In this document: positions 41,344-54,268 of the stretch, one piece after another
Numbering within the stretch: the stretch's first letter is position 1
Layout of the letters: every line of letters begins with the position of its first letter
Assembly (NCBI GenBank): GCA_030390025.1
Contig: CM059438.1
Span: forward strand, 73,284,001 to 73,348,000
DNA length: 64,000 bases
Direction of reading: 5' to 3'
Origin: Squalus acanthias
Taxonomy: Eukaryota
Notes under the pieces: generated by a model
What the model was told of the DNA's origin: nothing
Database searches by the model: none
The model's input: the letters and a program-made list of their open reading frames with translations, nothing else
Made by a program: the position numbers and the translations under genes

Positions 41344-41997
41344 CTGAAACAAAAATAAGTTATTTAAAATGTATCATCGCACATAATAGACATCTTACAT
41401 AACTGACATGTTAACAGCTCATCAGAAAAACAGTTTGTAACCATTTGCTTAAGTATGAGGACTACTAAGTTTATGCACATCGGCTTCCAACGCCACAGAA
41501 TCAAAAAACTTTACAGCACAGAAGGTGGCCATTCAGCCTACTGTATCGGTGTCGTCTATCTGCTACAGCAATCCAAGCTAATCCTATTTCCATACTCTCT
41601 CCCTGTTGCCTGTATCCTCCTCTGCTTCAACTGTTTATCTGTTTTACCCTTGAAAGATGCAATAGTCTCTACTTCAACTATTCCATGCTCTAACAACCTT
41701 CTGCATAAAGAAGTTTGTCCTAATCTCTCTCGTTATCTTTACATTTATAAATTAGGAGTAACAAAAAGAAAGAAAATCAAGAGGAATATAGAAAGTATTG
41801 TGGGAAGGTGTAACGGGAGATCAGAAGGGCTAAAATGGAATCAGAAAAAAGGCTAGCACAAAATATAAAAAAGGCAAGTGTAAGGGCATTCATAAGGATA
41901 TATGAAGTATAAGAATAGTTAAAGAGAAGAAAGGACCACTCAGGAATGGAGGAGGGAGGAGTCTAACTGTGGCCGAGCAAGATATAGCAGAGATATT

Positions 41998-42767
41998 GGC
42001 CGGAATTTGCGGTCGGGATGACAACAAACTGGCAGCGTTCGCCGTCATTCCGCCTTTGAAACTGACCGCAAATTCGGGATTTGGCGCATGCAGAAATCCT
42101 GAAGTTGCGGTCTATCATTCACTGCTCCGATGCAGGCTGCGCTGTGCCCCCCGCCCTCCCCCAACCGAGCCGGCTATCTGTGTAATCAGCCAAATCAGGG
42201 AAACGGACGAAAGTTCAGCTCTTCCACAATAATCACACTGTTAAATTCCCCACAAAAAGTTAGACCCAAAAGGTTAAGTGTAACTGGGGTTTTGACAACA
42301 CTATTACTGCTAAACAAATGATAAGGGCCTGGAAAACTAATTTTAATTTTGTGCAGTGTGAAATTTGTCCATTTTAATAAAAATTACAATTTTTAAGAAA
42401 CCTTTCAAAAATATATATTTTTTTAAAGTTTGTCCAACTTTATTTTAGGTTTACCTTTTCCCCATGTGAGAGCCCCAATCTTTGCTTTGCGCTCTCTCTA
42501 ACATTTTTAAAAAGTTAGAATTTTAAGAGCTTACTCACTTCATTGTTCGCTGTCTGCGAGAATTCTGCGTTTTGACTGGCTGCTTAGACAGCCTGTTGAC
42601 ATCACAGCAGTTCGCACAAGGGATTCCCCATTAACTTCTGTTGATTTGAATTGAAGGTCGGAAAACCTGAAGCTTTCGACACAGGGATCGAGAGATCCTT
42701 GTGCAAAGCGTACTACGGAGCCAGCAGCGAACACCTTTGCTTCGCTGCTGATCGATAATTCTGGCCC
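41998..42767. mobile_element. PIF/Harbinger-like MITE, 3-bp TSD ATT
   Basis: TIRs GGCCGGAATT / AATTCTGGCCC; removing it restores the CR1 motif. Confidence 0.82.
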
Positions 42768-43205
42768 ATTGAATGAATATTTTGCATCAGATTTTACACA
42801 TGATTGTTAGTGGTAACTGTAGAAAATGAATTCGCTCTGAAAAAGTTGTCAGAATTCAAGGTGGATAAAGTCACTGGGCCCATTGGCTGTTGAAAGAAGT
42901 CAGAAGGGAGATAACAGAGGCTTTTGCCATAAGTTGCCATTCTCTTCAAATGGGCAAATTTGCACCACTGGACTGGAGAGTAGCCAAGAAGGTAGAGGAA
43001 GATAAGCAGGATAATCAGAGAACAATTAATCTAACTTCAGTTGTGGGAAAACTCGTGGAATCTATCATGCAGGATAAAAGTAGTGAGCATTTAGAAATGC
43101 ATAGGTATAATAGCAAAATACTGCGGATGTTGGAAATCTGACATAACAACAGAAAATGCTGGAAAAACTCAGCAGGCCAGGCAGCATCCGTGGAGAGAGA
43201 AACAG

Positions 43206-43242
43206 AGTTAACGTTTCAGGTCTGGGACCCTTCATCAGAACT
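43206..43242 (-). ncRNA. Minimal hammerhead ribozyme motif, sense to CACNA1B pre-mRNA
   Basis: AGUU-CUGAUGA-A-GGGUC-CCA-GACCU-GAAAC-GUU-AACU. Confidence 0.65.
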
Positions 43243-43465
43243 GGAAAAAGCTGGAGATGTAACAGATATTGAGCAGGTGCAGAGACAGGGAGGGGAGGAA
43301 GGAATTGAAGGAATATACTGTGCTTTTGTAAGTGCCTCTTACAAAAGCACAGTATATTCCTTCAATTCCTTCGCCTCTTACAAAAGCACAGTATGTTCCT
43401 TCAGTTCCTTCCTCCCTCCCTGTCTCTGCACCTGCTTAATATCTGTTACATCTCCAGCTTTTTCC

Positions 43466-43502
43466 AGTTCTGATGAAGGGTCCCAGACCTGAAACGTTAA
43501 CT
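43466..43502 (+). ncRNA. Minimal hammerhead ribozyme motif (mirror copy)
   Basis: Same sequence on the plus strand. Confidence 0.65.
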
Positions 43503-44294
43503 CTGTTTCTCTCTCCACGGATGCTGCCTGGCCTGCTGAGTGTGTCCAGTGTTTTCTGTTGGAAATGCATAGGTAATCAACGACAGCCAGCATGAATTTG
43601 TTAATCACTTCTTTTTTGAAGAAGTGATCAAGTGGATAGATAAAGCTGATGCAGTGGTTGCTAAATTATGTTGGGGTATCGTCCATAGCTCCAAATGCCG
43701 TGATACATCGCTCAGGTAGCCATTTTTCACATATGAGCCTAGATAGTGAGCACCAGCAACCTATTAGATCAGGGAGGACATCATAATTGAGTCTAATCCT
43801 ATCCTTACCTGATGTCCAAACACATGAACTTTCCTGCAGCAGTCAATGGATCACAATTGGGAGCAAGAGCTCCTGGTCAGTATAGCTCAGTTCTACCATG
43901 CACAGTGTTTGTAATAACTGAGAAATCAGCAGAGCCCATCACATTTGCGCTATGCTTCCTGCTCTTTTGGGAAGAATCTTGGCCTGATCATGTTCCCAGT
44001 TTAAGAAACTGTCTCAAGTGAGGCAAATTACTGTATATGGTTGCAAAACAGTGTCCTATATTGACGGGATTAAAATTTTGCAAACTAGTTCCATGGGTAA
44101 CGCATCCTATTTAGGATAAGTCTTGTTGAGAAATCAGATCGAGTCAGCAGGGACAACAAGAAGGGAGAGGAGGACAAGGAATGCGGCCGCTCCCATAGGA
44201 AGAAGCATTATGCGGCAAATTTTCTATTTGGCAGCAGCAGATGACTTGACAAGCAAATTCTTGACAAAGAATTTTATTTGTAAGTTATTCATAG

Positions 44295-44736
44295 TGTCAG
44301 CTGTGGCTCGTGTCAGCTGTGGATCAGTTGGTAGCACACTCGCCTCTGAGTCAGAAGGTTGTGGGTTCAAGTCCCACTCCAGGGACTTGAGCACATAAAG
44401 CTAGGCTGACACACCAGTGCAGTGCTGAGGGAGTGCTGCACTGTCGGAGGTGCCGCCTTTCGGATGAGACGTTAAACTGAGGCCCCGTCTGCTCTCTCAG
44501 GTGGACGTAAAAAATCCCATGACACTATTTCGAAGAAGAGCAGGGGAGTTATCCCCGGTGTCCTGGCCAATATTTATCCCTCAATCAACATAACAAAAAC
44601 AGAATATCTGGTCATTATCACATTGCTGTTTGCAAATTGGCTGCCGTGTATCCCAAAAAGCACTTCATTGGCTGTAAAGTGCTTTGAGATATCCGATGGT
44701 CATGAAAGGCATTATATAAATGCAAGTCTTTCTTTC
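44295..44736 (+). mobile_element. Deu-domain tRNA-derived SINE (SacSINE1-like), near full length
   Basis: A box TGG.TCAGTTGG, B box GGTTCAAGTCC, Deu-like core, TATATAAATGCAAG(TCTT)n tail; head 16-mer duplicated. Confidence 0.85.
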
Positions 44737-44955
44737 TAAATAGAATGAGTAAATTATTGAAGTGTATTTCCCACAAGTAAAATGGAGTTCCTCCAATTGC
44801 AAAGTTAATGCCAACATTTAGGCAGACTAAGATCTCAGTTTATCAGTTTTCACCAGGACCTATGAAAACATCTGTAGAAATGTTTTTGAACCAACTGGAA
44901 GCAACATGAAAATATACATGAGAACGGGCTAAATAGGATAGTCCTGCATACTTAC

Positions 44956-45159
44956 ACAGAGCCTCGGTGAGCCACATCGGCTGGTCATAGTGGACAATTG
45001 CAACACAGAGCGTGTTAAGTGCGACCACGCAGAGAACAATCCAATAGAAACTCTGCGATTTCACCATGCGTCTAATGAAGAAGCGAAATCTCTTCTCTTT
45101 CCTCCGAAAATAGGAGGAGCTCTCATTTTTAACACTTTTCAGGCTGGGCCGAGTAAATC
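44956..45159 (-). CDS. CACNA1B: CACNA1B exon 11 (end of I-II loop, IIS1): GFTRPSLKSVKNESSSYFRRKEKRFRFFIRRMVKSQSFYWIVLCVVALNTLCVAIVHYDQPMWLTEAL
   Basis: ttcccag| acceptor, |gtaagt donor, 204 nt; lies in ORF 44843..45187. Confidence 0.95.
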
Positions 45160-45953
45160 CTGGGAAGAGAGATATAAGTTGAAACAAGTGTAAAATTCAG
45201 TAGGATTGTAAATGCTTCAAATCAAATGAGATGATATTCTATATAAGAATTTATTCTACATCACTTCAAGCCCATAGGTTTAACTTTATTTTAAAGCTGA
45301 GTGCGTTATTCAGATTTACTGCAATATTGTGCAGCAAGTGTGTTGTAGCCAAGGACTCCCTTTTTGTATAACACCATTTAAGCTCATTTGTGATGACTTA
45401 TTTAGTTGCAGCTCCTAAGATGGTGCTATTTAAATAAGCATAATTATCCATTCACTCTCTTTCGAACAAACTACTGTCAGTTAATTATTCATGACAGCAC
45501 CAGTTTGTGCAAATGTCTCTTTAATTATCTGGTTGGCAGTGGAATTGAAGGTCATAGGAATAAGTATAGACAAACAAGAACCAATTATCGCCGCAGTACT
45601 GGTTTGGGGAGGGGTGTTGACTGTGGAGGGCAGCTGGTCAGGGCTAAATAATTGAAATGTTGGGAGGCAAGAATATTCCAGCATTCTGCTTGATTTGGGG
45701 ACCCGAGGTTGAATCTAGCCCAAGGAGTGTTAGAATAGAAGACTCCTGATAGCCCTCGGGGTCTCAAGTGAAATGAGTTTTGGGCAATCGCTGGTCAGTT
45801 CCGAGTGAGCACAAATAAACAACACAATGCAACTCATAATTTAGGATCAATTGGTACCAAGTTCCCCGTCTCAACAAGATTCCTTAAGCATAACTGGTAT
45901 GGGGAGTGGGTCTCACATTAATGTAGTACATGATGCTTTTCTGAGGTTCTGAG

Positions 45954-46143
45954 TCATAGGAACAGGAGTAGGCCATTCAGCCCCTCCAGCCTGTTCCATC
46001 GTTCAATTAGATCATGGCTGATCTGTAACTCAACTCCATCTACCCACCTTGTCTCTGTAACCTTTAATACCCTTGCCGAACAAAAATCGACCAATCTCAT
46101 TTTTGAAATTTTCAATTGACCTAACCTCAACAGCTTTTTGGGC
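45954..46143 (-). mobile_element. CR1 3' end fragment
   Basis: cataggaacaggagtaggccattcagccc 3' UTR. Confidence 0.8.
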
Positions 46144-48384
46144 ACATTGTCGAATTAGTGTTCCTGCGGAACAGTCTTGAGGGGCTGAGTGGCCTACTCC
46201 TGTTCCTATGTTTATCCTGCACCTAAACCCTAGTTACAACTAAGCCTGAAGTGCTTGATGGCAATAAAGTAAGAAAATACGCAGTATTCCAACACAATTA
46301 CTCATCACTCTGAGCCGCACAAAGTTCATAAGAAAAGATGACATCTCTTTCTCATCCTGTTTTATAGTTATTTTGTACCTTCCTTTATCTTACCCTGGTA
46401 CTATGCATCACACTTCTGGACATGTACCAAGACCTCTGACATTGGTGCCAGGAGCAGTGTGGGTGGTAGAGTGGCAGGGAACTTTCACAGTCAGTAAAAT
46501 GTATCCTTCTAATATCACCAATCTTCTTTCCCTCCCTCAGGGAGGCTTGTTCCACTCGACACCTGCCAGAAAGCCAGGCTGAGACTGAGAGCTCATTGTG
46601 GGGATGAATTCAGGTCCTCACTCTCCCAGAGTACCAGCTGTCTGATACTCCAACACATCTCTATAGTATTTAACTCTGCTGGACATTTTTCTTTTATAAA
46701 AGGTGTCAGTTTTAACATAAAGGACCTGAAACAGTCAAAACAGTAGCCATGCCTAAACTGGTCACAAGTGGCCCGCACACAACATCCACATCATTATGCA
46801 GTATATATATCTCACTATTTCATTCCCTATGTTAAGATTCAAATTTAGTTATTCTCCCAGCAAGTGTTTAATTGTTGCTACAGCAACATAATACTTCGAA
46901 TATTTAAGCTTGTTCATAATTGAACAAAGTAATTTTGTTACTTAGGTGATGATTTATTTTTCAGACAGTCATTTCCTTAAGAACCCCAGAAACAAACAGG
47001 AGGAGTTCACATATCAAGGTTGGTTAAAAACCAGAAAATGTTTATGAGTAAATGAGATGATGAGTTGGTGTTCGCACATAATTGCCTCAGTGCTGATTCT
47101 CAAAGAGAAACTATTCTGACAGGAGACCCACACCGTCAGAGTTCACAAAATATTCTGAGTTACCCTGATGCTACAGTTGGCTCCTGTGGCTGCACTGCTT
47201 GACAGACAGAGAACATCTCCAGAAAGCTGAATAGGAAACAACAGATTGAAGTAACAAATTTACGCTCTAGTGGTACCCAATTGTTGCCATTAATCCATTA
47301 GGTGTCAAATTTTAAACTACATTTTCAAAGAAAATGCATTTTTCGGTCAACTGGCTGAACAATTTTCTCCTGCAGTCTTCCAGCAGGCCTGAGAAACTGA
47401 GAGAAACTGCTGTAGAAGACAGCCAAAGAAAATTGAACATCAAAAGAAACGAGCAGTGGAAGGAGGCAGCAAAGTAAAAACAAAACAATGCCATCAAACA
47501 AAATTTCTGACATTCTCCTCCAATTAAAAATTTGATGCCCCTTTGATTTCCTCGAATCCTGCTGGAAAATGGCTGCCAGCTGACTGCAGGCTCAGTGACC
47601 TGAGCTGCCTTTCTGTTTATTAATGCAGTCAGACGAATGGACAATTCTCCATACGTCCATTTTAAATACCGTCTCTTTCTGTTAATTGGAAGTTGTTCAA
47701 TTCAAATTACGGGGTAATTCAAGTTTGAATTGTGCTCAAGAAAAAAAAAAAGGCCTCTGGTGCTATTTTGTTCCAATCGCTTTATTTGAATTGCTGGATA
47801 ATTGAAATGCTTTCGCACAAAAAAATAACGGAATTAACAGGAGTAGACTGCACTGCGGAGAACCCTCATGATTAATCCCAATTTGCTGAGATTTGTTTTA
47901 TTAAATTATTTAATATTTAAACTGTAATAAAAAGAGGGGGGGGAAGAAAACAATTGGAAGACTTAACTGCACACTTGGTGTTGCAAACTTTGTACATAAC
48001 TGGATGTCTCGTGGTGTTGCACACATGGAGTGAAGGCAGAATGTGTGTTTCAGATGAAGTGGGGTTAAGTGGGCAGGAGACAATTGGAGCAGGATGCACA
48101 GACATTGTCCTAATTTTTATACTTCCATTATAAATTCCTGTGTCTACATTGATAATGGGAAAAGAGCCTCTGTAAACATGCCATGCTCCAGTGCCTCCGC
48201 TGACAGGAGGGTATAATTACAGGATGACAAATTTATAGAGGTCGTTTCCATTATAAATGTGGACATAGTAATTTATAAATGGAGAATGCAGGTGGGAAAT
48301 TTTAACTATGTTATATAGATGGACTATTATAATTTCACGAGGTAATTGTGTGGGCCTACTTTCACACAAGCTGCCTCCAACAAG

Positions 48385-48680
48385 TTGTAACGGATCATTC
48401 TCTGACATCTTAGACAGAATCGATACCGTCTTGGACAGAATAAAGAACCTCAAAACACATTGTGCTGCCAGCCCAGATGACATTTACCCGATTATATCCT
48501 TAAAGAGATGGGAGATGTGCTTTGTGAGCCCCTTGCCTGTATAGTTAATAGCTCGCTAGAGTCAGGGACTGTTCCCTCAGCTTGGAAAGATGCTAATGCA
48601 GTTCCAAATTTAAAAAGGCTGACATGAGAACGAATGGCCATTAGTTTGACTCAGTAATAGGGAAGATGCTCGAGGTTTAA
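48385..48680 (+). mobile_element. Degenerate CR1 RT-region fragment
   Basis: SPDDIYP.ILK and SGTVPSAWKDANAVP motifs with frameshifts. Confidence 0.65.
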
Positions 48681-49403
48681 TGGTGCTCACTCTGACCTGT
48701 GCTCCTGTGCAATAGTGAAACCATTCCATTGAGGAATAGGACTAGGTTATTATAAAATTAAGCCATTGTATCGCAGGTGAGGAGTGCAGATGAGAAGGAA
48801 AGTGGATGGTACACACAGACCTCCAATTCCGGCCTAAGGTAAATGATGGGCTTTTGAACAGAAGCTGTTATTGAAAGATTGGGGGACTTGGAAAGTAAGA
48901 AAATAAAAAAACCCTTGAAAAGGAATAAAAAGAACACAAGAGTAAAATCACTGAGCTCACGCTCACAATAGGGAGCCTTGGTTGAAGAGAGCACAGGCTG
49001 GAAAAGTGGGGCTACAGTGTTGCATTCTAGTGATCTGAGTGTTGGGAGTAAGTATTGTCCATCAGATAATCTAGGACTCTGTGTGCTGTCTACTACTATC
49101 ATCACACGTGGCCAAAAAAAAAGCCAAAAATGAAATGTTGGTGATATGAGATGCAGAAATAATTAAAATAACACTAACTGCTGCTGGCGTCATCTACAGA
49201 AACTGCTACAGGCTTCGGATCCGCTCCAGCTCCTTAAAAAAAAAAGGAAAAAAGTGCAGCTTTTTTGTCTTCATTATACTAAAATGTAAACCCAGAGAGC
49301 ACGCCGCATGCAGTCCCTCTCACAATCCACTCGCCCTGCTGTTGGCACTAGATTCTCACCATTGCCCTCTCCACACTAGTGGTTAAAAAGGATGTCTAGG
49401 GGC

Positions 49404-49622
49404 TGACGTAAGAAAACTACTAGGCACTTGGTCTAAGCGTTAAACAAAGCTTTAATCAACTGTTTTACAACATGGAGGTCTAGTTGTGTCCTTCACTAGT
49501 TCCGGTTAAGAATGTCCTGCGCAAGCTGGGCCCGTGCCCGAGTATTTATACTCTCCCTGGACAGCGCCACCCGCAGGCCACTCAGTATTATTTCATAAGT
49601 CATGAATGACAGATTCATGTCA
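49404..49622 (-). mobile_element. Solo LTR, 5-bp TSD GGGGC (same family as 5417)
   Basis: TGAC...GTCA ends; TATAAAT then ATTAAA on the minus strand. Confidence 0.85.
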
Positions 49623-52062
49623 GGGGCCGTATCTATTCTTCCAATCCAGGGCAATGTTTGTTCAAAATATTGTGCCCATCTGAGGGCTCTGAATGCCATT
49701 TTTTAGTTTCAAGTTAGCAGTGCGACCCATATGGTTCAGCCTCGGCTGGTCTGGCGGCTTTTATTTCCAACTGTACTCTGCTTTTGCATCTGGGCCACTC
49801 AGAGCTAATGGGCAAATACACCCTTTACGTTCTCTTCAGTTTTCTCCCGCTTAGCTCGTGAAAGTGCTGACTCTTGCCCTGGTACAGTTCCACCAGCATG
49901 GGCAGCCGTGCTGTACAGAGATTGCACTTTATGTACGAGACTGGGTAGTCAATGTTGTCTGCTGATTTGAGCATTGTGGCCATCAAAGCTGAGCCTGCTT
50001 CAGTCCTCATTGGCCGGCAGTTAAAATGTTTGCTTAAATTCGTGTCTGTTTTCCCCCGCGCCCCCCCACCCCCCGCCCGCCACCCCACCAAACCAGGGGT
50101 GCGGAGCCCAATTGTGGCACCCCAACTGTTACCGAGGCTGAGATCTGCTAACTCAACACAGACTGGAGATTGGACCAGTGACCTTCTCGTTTGAATAGCT
50201 CAATATTATATCAGGTGTCGCTGCTGTTCTTCAAAATTCATGTCAAGTTTAATGTGAAAAATTGCTTGCATTGCAAGCAAACAAATCTAGCCCAAAGATA
50301 TGCATAGTCTCTTATAATAGCTTCTGGTACAAGTGCAGTTCCAATAGGGAGCTAAAGACAAATTCGAAACGGACAGAAATTAGATCTCAGATGGAGCTTA
50401 ATTACCTTTTTGATATCACCAATTTTCTGTTCTTCAATGAAAAGGCAACAATATTCTATCGTGTAGTTTAAGGCAACCCACTGTGCCTTCATTAACAGCT
50501 GTCAGACTCGATCCAAACTAACTATGGGAAAGCGACATGGCATCATAGAAAGTGCATCATCAGGAAAATAATTTACCAGGTTAAACCAGCACCAGTCCAT
50601 TTTTAGGAATGCCTCTCAATGTCTGATAACACTGGCAATCTTCTCTCTCTTTGTAAGTCTGCCTTTCCCTAACTCTATGCGGCTTTGATTCCATCTCTTC
50701 AATGGACACGGTTTTGATGTTTTACAAACTTTTACTCTCTAATTTACACAGAGTAAAAATCATCCAGACAGTCCAATGCCGATTAATGCAGTAGTTGCTG
50801 CAGTCACTACAGGCAGGATTTACTGCACGAGTTTTTCTGATTCCATAGACTGAAGAAGTTAGACAGGAATTTTAAGAACAAAAAAAAAATCACCTCAGGA
50901 TCAGCCCCAGAGGCTACCGACCATGATACACTACCGGCGCCTGAGGCCTGCCTCAGCCATTATCAGCCGGGCTTCCCAATAGAGATAGGAATCCCACTGT
51001 GAATGTGCTGAAAATGTATAAAATAGGCTTACCACAGCAGCAGAGCAGGTTCAAAGTTCACCCTGCTGACTACCTGCAGAAAACCTCGGCCTACAACTTT
51101 ACAGCTACTGCAGCTCTTCCAGAGCAATCTTGCACAGAACAGCATTTGAATGTTGATCTTAAATATTAGAAACGAGTCATGAACCTCTTTCCACAAAGGG
51201 TCGGCAGCGCTCACATGTCTCATCCAAGTGGCTATTTTTCACGTGCAAGACTTGAGGGGCATCATTGCAGAACTCGATCCTGTGTTTATCCAATGTCCAA
51301 ATACGCATCCTTCCAGCAGGAATCACAGGAGAGTAATCAGGAGCAGGAATCCTGACCATTTATGCCCTTCCCGAGCCATGGGATGCCAAGGCCAATTGCA
51401 CCAACCCCAACTGGCACTCTAATTGAGATCAACTCACTCGGCACAGATGGGAATCAAACCTGGGACTTGCGTAGGCTGTGTGGATAAGTACCACTCTCAG
51501 CCGTACAACTACTCACTAAACCACTGTGGGTAGCTCACCTGGGAATGAAAGAGATATCCACGACTGCCCACTGTGCATCCTCTGACCCAGCCAGTAGGAT
51601 GTGGGGACAGTAACAGAGCGATGAGCAAATTGCTACCAATCATACTTTGTGAATGATCATCATGAAGGCTACACATTTACATACCGACATCTCCAATCAA
51701 CCCAAACACACTGACTGTTCAAAAAATAAAATTACAAATTCTAATGAGAGTGATTATTAGAGTTAGGTAAAAATTATCTTTGTTTTATTACTGTAGCTTC
51801 AGGAAAACTCTAGGCTCACAAAAACTCTTAAGCTTTGCGAGAAGCTAAAGAAGAATTGTTTACTGTTGACTGAAAGCTTTTTAGTACAAAAAGCTGGTTT
51901 ATTGCCAAGAGTGAGCTTCTCTCCCAGTAGACAACCAAATTAGATCTTTCACAGGCTTTCAAAACAAGATGCTGGCCTGCACTACTGACTTATAAATAAA
52001 TATAAATCAAAAGAAAACATCCTTGCATTTAAACTGAAAAGCAAGATACTAATCCTTAAAAG

Positions 52063-52470
52063 TGTCAGCCTTGGTTCAGTGAGTCAGAAGGTGGTTGCTT
52101 CAAGTCCCTTTCCAGAGTCTTGAACACATAATCTAGGCTGACAGTTCAGTGCAGCACTGAGAGTGTACTGGGCTGTTAGAAGTGACATCTTTCACCCTAT
52201 AAGGTGGACATAAAAGATCTCACGGCACGATTCAAAAAGGAACAGAGGCATTCTCATGGTTTCCTGACCAACACTTATCCTTTATCCAACATCACTAAAA
52301 AAGAGAGATTATCTGGTCATTTATCTCATTGCTGTTTGTGGGACCTTGCTGTGCGCAAATTGTTTGCCTACAAGAGACTACACTTCAAAGGTAGTTAATG
52401 ATCTGTGAAGCACTTTGGGACATCCTGAGGTTGTGAAAGGCACTCTATAAATGCAAATTTGTTCTTTCTT
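52063..52470 (+). mobile_element. Degenerate Deu-domain SINE
   Basis: Colinear similarity to 44295-44736. Confidence 0.75.
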
Positions 52471-54268
52471 TGAAGCAATGACTTATAAATATATGGGGGA
52501 TGATGTCCACATCCTGAAATGTACCTTCATTATGATAATGATGTCCTTCTCTATCCACCTCAGATATTTTTTCATTCCTCATTGCCTGTTGCTCACAACC
52601 CTTCATCTACAAAAGGACGGGTTGGTCTGAGTCGTCAGTGCCAGTTGCTTGCAGCTGGCAATCAGCTTGAATTTAAGTATTAAGTAGAATATAGTTGTCT
52701 CTCCACATCCCCTATTGAAATGCTTTGCTTCTGTACCACATTCTATTGAGTAGCCAGGCTGAAAATGGAAAATATTCACCTGACCGAGGTATACTGATTT
52801 GAGTTACAGGCAGCCTGCGACTCAAACCCACGACTGTCAGACTATGAGAAACTGGTGTAGTCTCTGGACTACCAGGCTATCTCTATCTATTTCAGTGAGA
52901 TATGGGCTGCTATTAAAATAACACTTGCAGATCAATAGTTTTTGGCTTGCGGTATAAAGAAAGCTTACAAAGTGATTTCTTGGACGCTGTGGAGGGCACT
53001 GTGGGTTACCAACGGGATCACTGCCAAAGTCAAGGCTGGAAAATGTATTTCGGGCAGACCCACCAAGCATCTGGCAGTGTCTAAACATCCAGGTCCTCGG
53101 GTATTAACCTGAAGCCCATCCGGCCTTGCAACGGTGCTTCTCTACCACTTGCTCTGTCAGCACGCTGGTTCACACGTGCTCACAGAATCCCTTTGTGTGC
53201 CATTCTCACAGACATTACCCATTTAAATAGATTGGGTAACAACTCTGTTAAAATAACAGACATAGCAATTCTATATGAAGTTAGCCACTGTGCTACAGGA
53301 GATGAAATCCCTCTGAGTTTATTTAAAAACAACCACTCCTTCTAGTGCTCCCATGTGTTAACTGAACAAGTGATTCTTCTACAGCCTGGCTAACGGTAAG
53401 TTGGAGGATACATGGTTTTAAGATGACAGATGCATGTATTGTTCTGTTGCTGAGGTGAAGCCCTGTCACTTAAAGGCCACAAAATCGAATTGCTGTAAAT
53501 ACGATCGAGATTAATTAGATGCCATTCTCTGAAGCCCATAAAAAGCTGCAGGAAGTCACTGGCTTTCTTTCACTTTGGTTTTGTAGGGATAGATTGCATC
53601 GATCACAAACTTTGACGTATGAAGTGCGGCCTATATAGATACACACACAAATCCCACTTTCCCTGAAAATAGCAATTCCCCAAGATAAACGTTAAAGCAA
53701 TGCAACTGACTGATTTAGTAATAGCACCAGTAGAGATTGGACAATGTGCATTAATTATGGGCAACAACACAATACAAAGGCTTGTATTTCATTTCTCACA
53801 ACATGGAGTGTAGTGGCAGATAAGGGATATGGTGCTGGATCAAATGACTTATTAAATAATAATACAACGAAACGGATCTAATTTGTGGTAAATTTTACAT
53901 TTAATAATACTTAAATAAGTTTAAAAAACTGGTTCTGTTAAGATATGCGACAGTGTGTTTATGTGGTCAACAGATGGCATTTAATTTTAGAGAAAATCCA
54001 ATGAAAAAGGTTATTTTTTTTTTTGTCAGAGCAATTGAAGGCTAAAATTTTTCTCCCGCATGGCCACATCATAGCCTGCTTAGCTGTTCTGTTCTGCCAC
54101 ACCCGAATCTCGCCTTCCCTCTGAGAGCAACCCACTCAGACTTTCTTTGTTAATCCAGACTCAACGTGGCATGATCCACATTCCCCCGTCTTCTGAGTTC
54201 AGCCAGGGACCCAGTACATGGAAATTAAACACGAAGAATGAATTTAAATAAAAGAATAAAGAAAGGCT

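Larger units (their letters stand above)
43108..43561. mobile_element. Penelope-like near-perfect palindrome with two intact hammerhead motifs
   Basis: Perfect 14-bp TSD GAAATGCATAGGTA; inverted arms of about 190 bp. Confidence 0.85.
41820..43660 (+). mobile_element. Old CR1 ORF2 fragment split by two later insertions
   Basis: DIAEIL|NEYFAS rejoins across the MITE; RTINLTSVVGKLVESI; HLEMHR then DSQHEFV across the Penelope-like insert. Confidence 0.75.

Noticed and set aside
44310-44385. tRNA gene
   Set aside because: The A and B boxes belong to a SINE head that continues into the Deu-like body.
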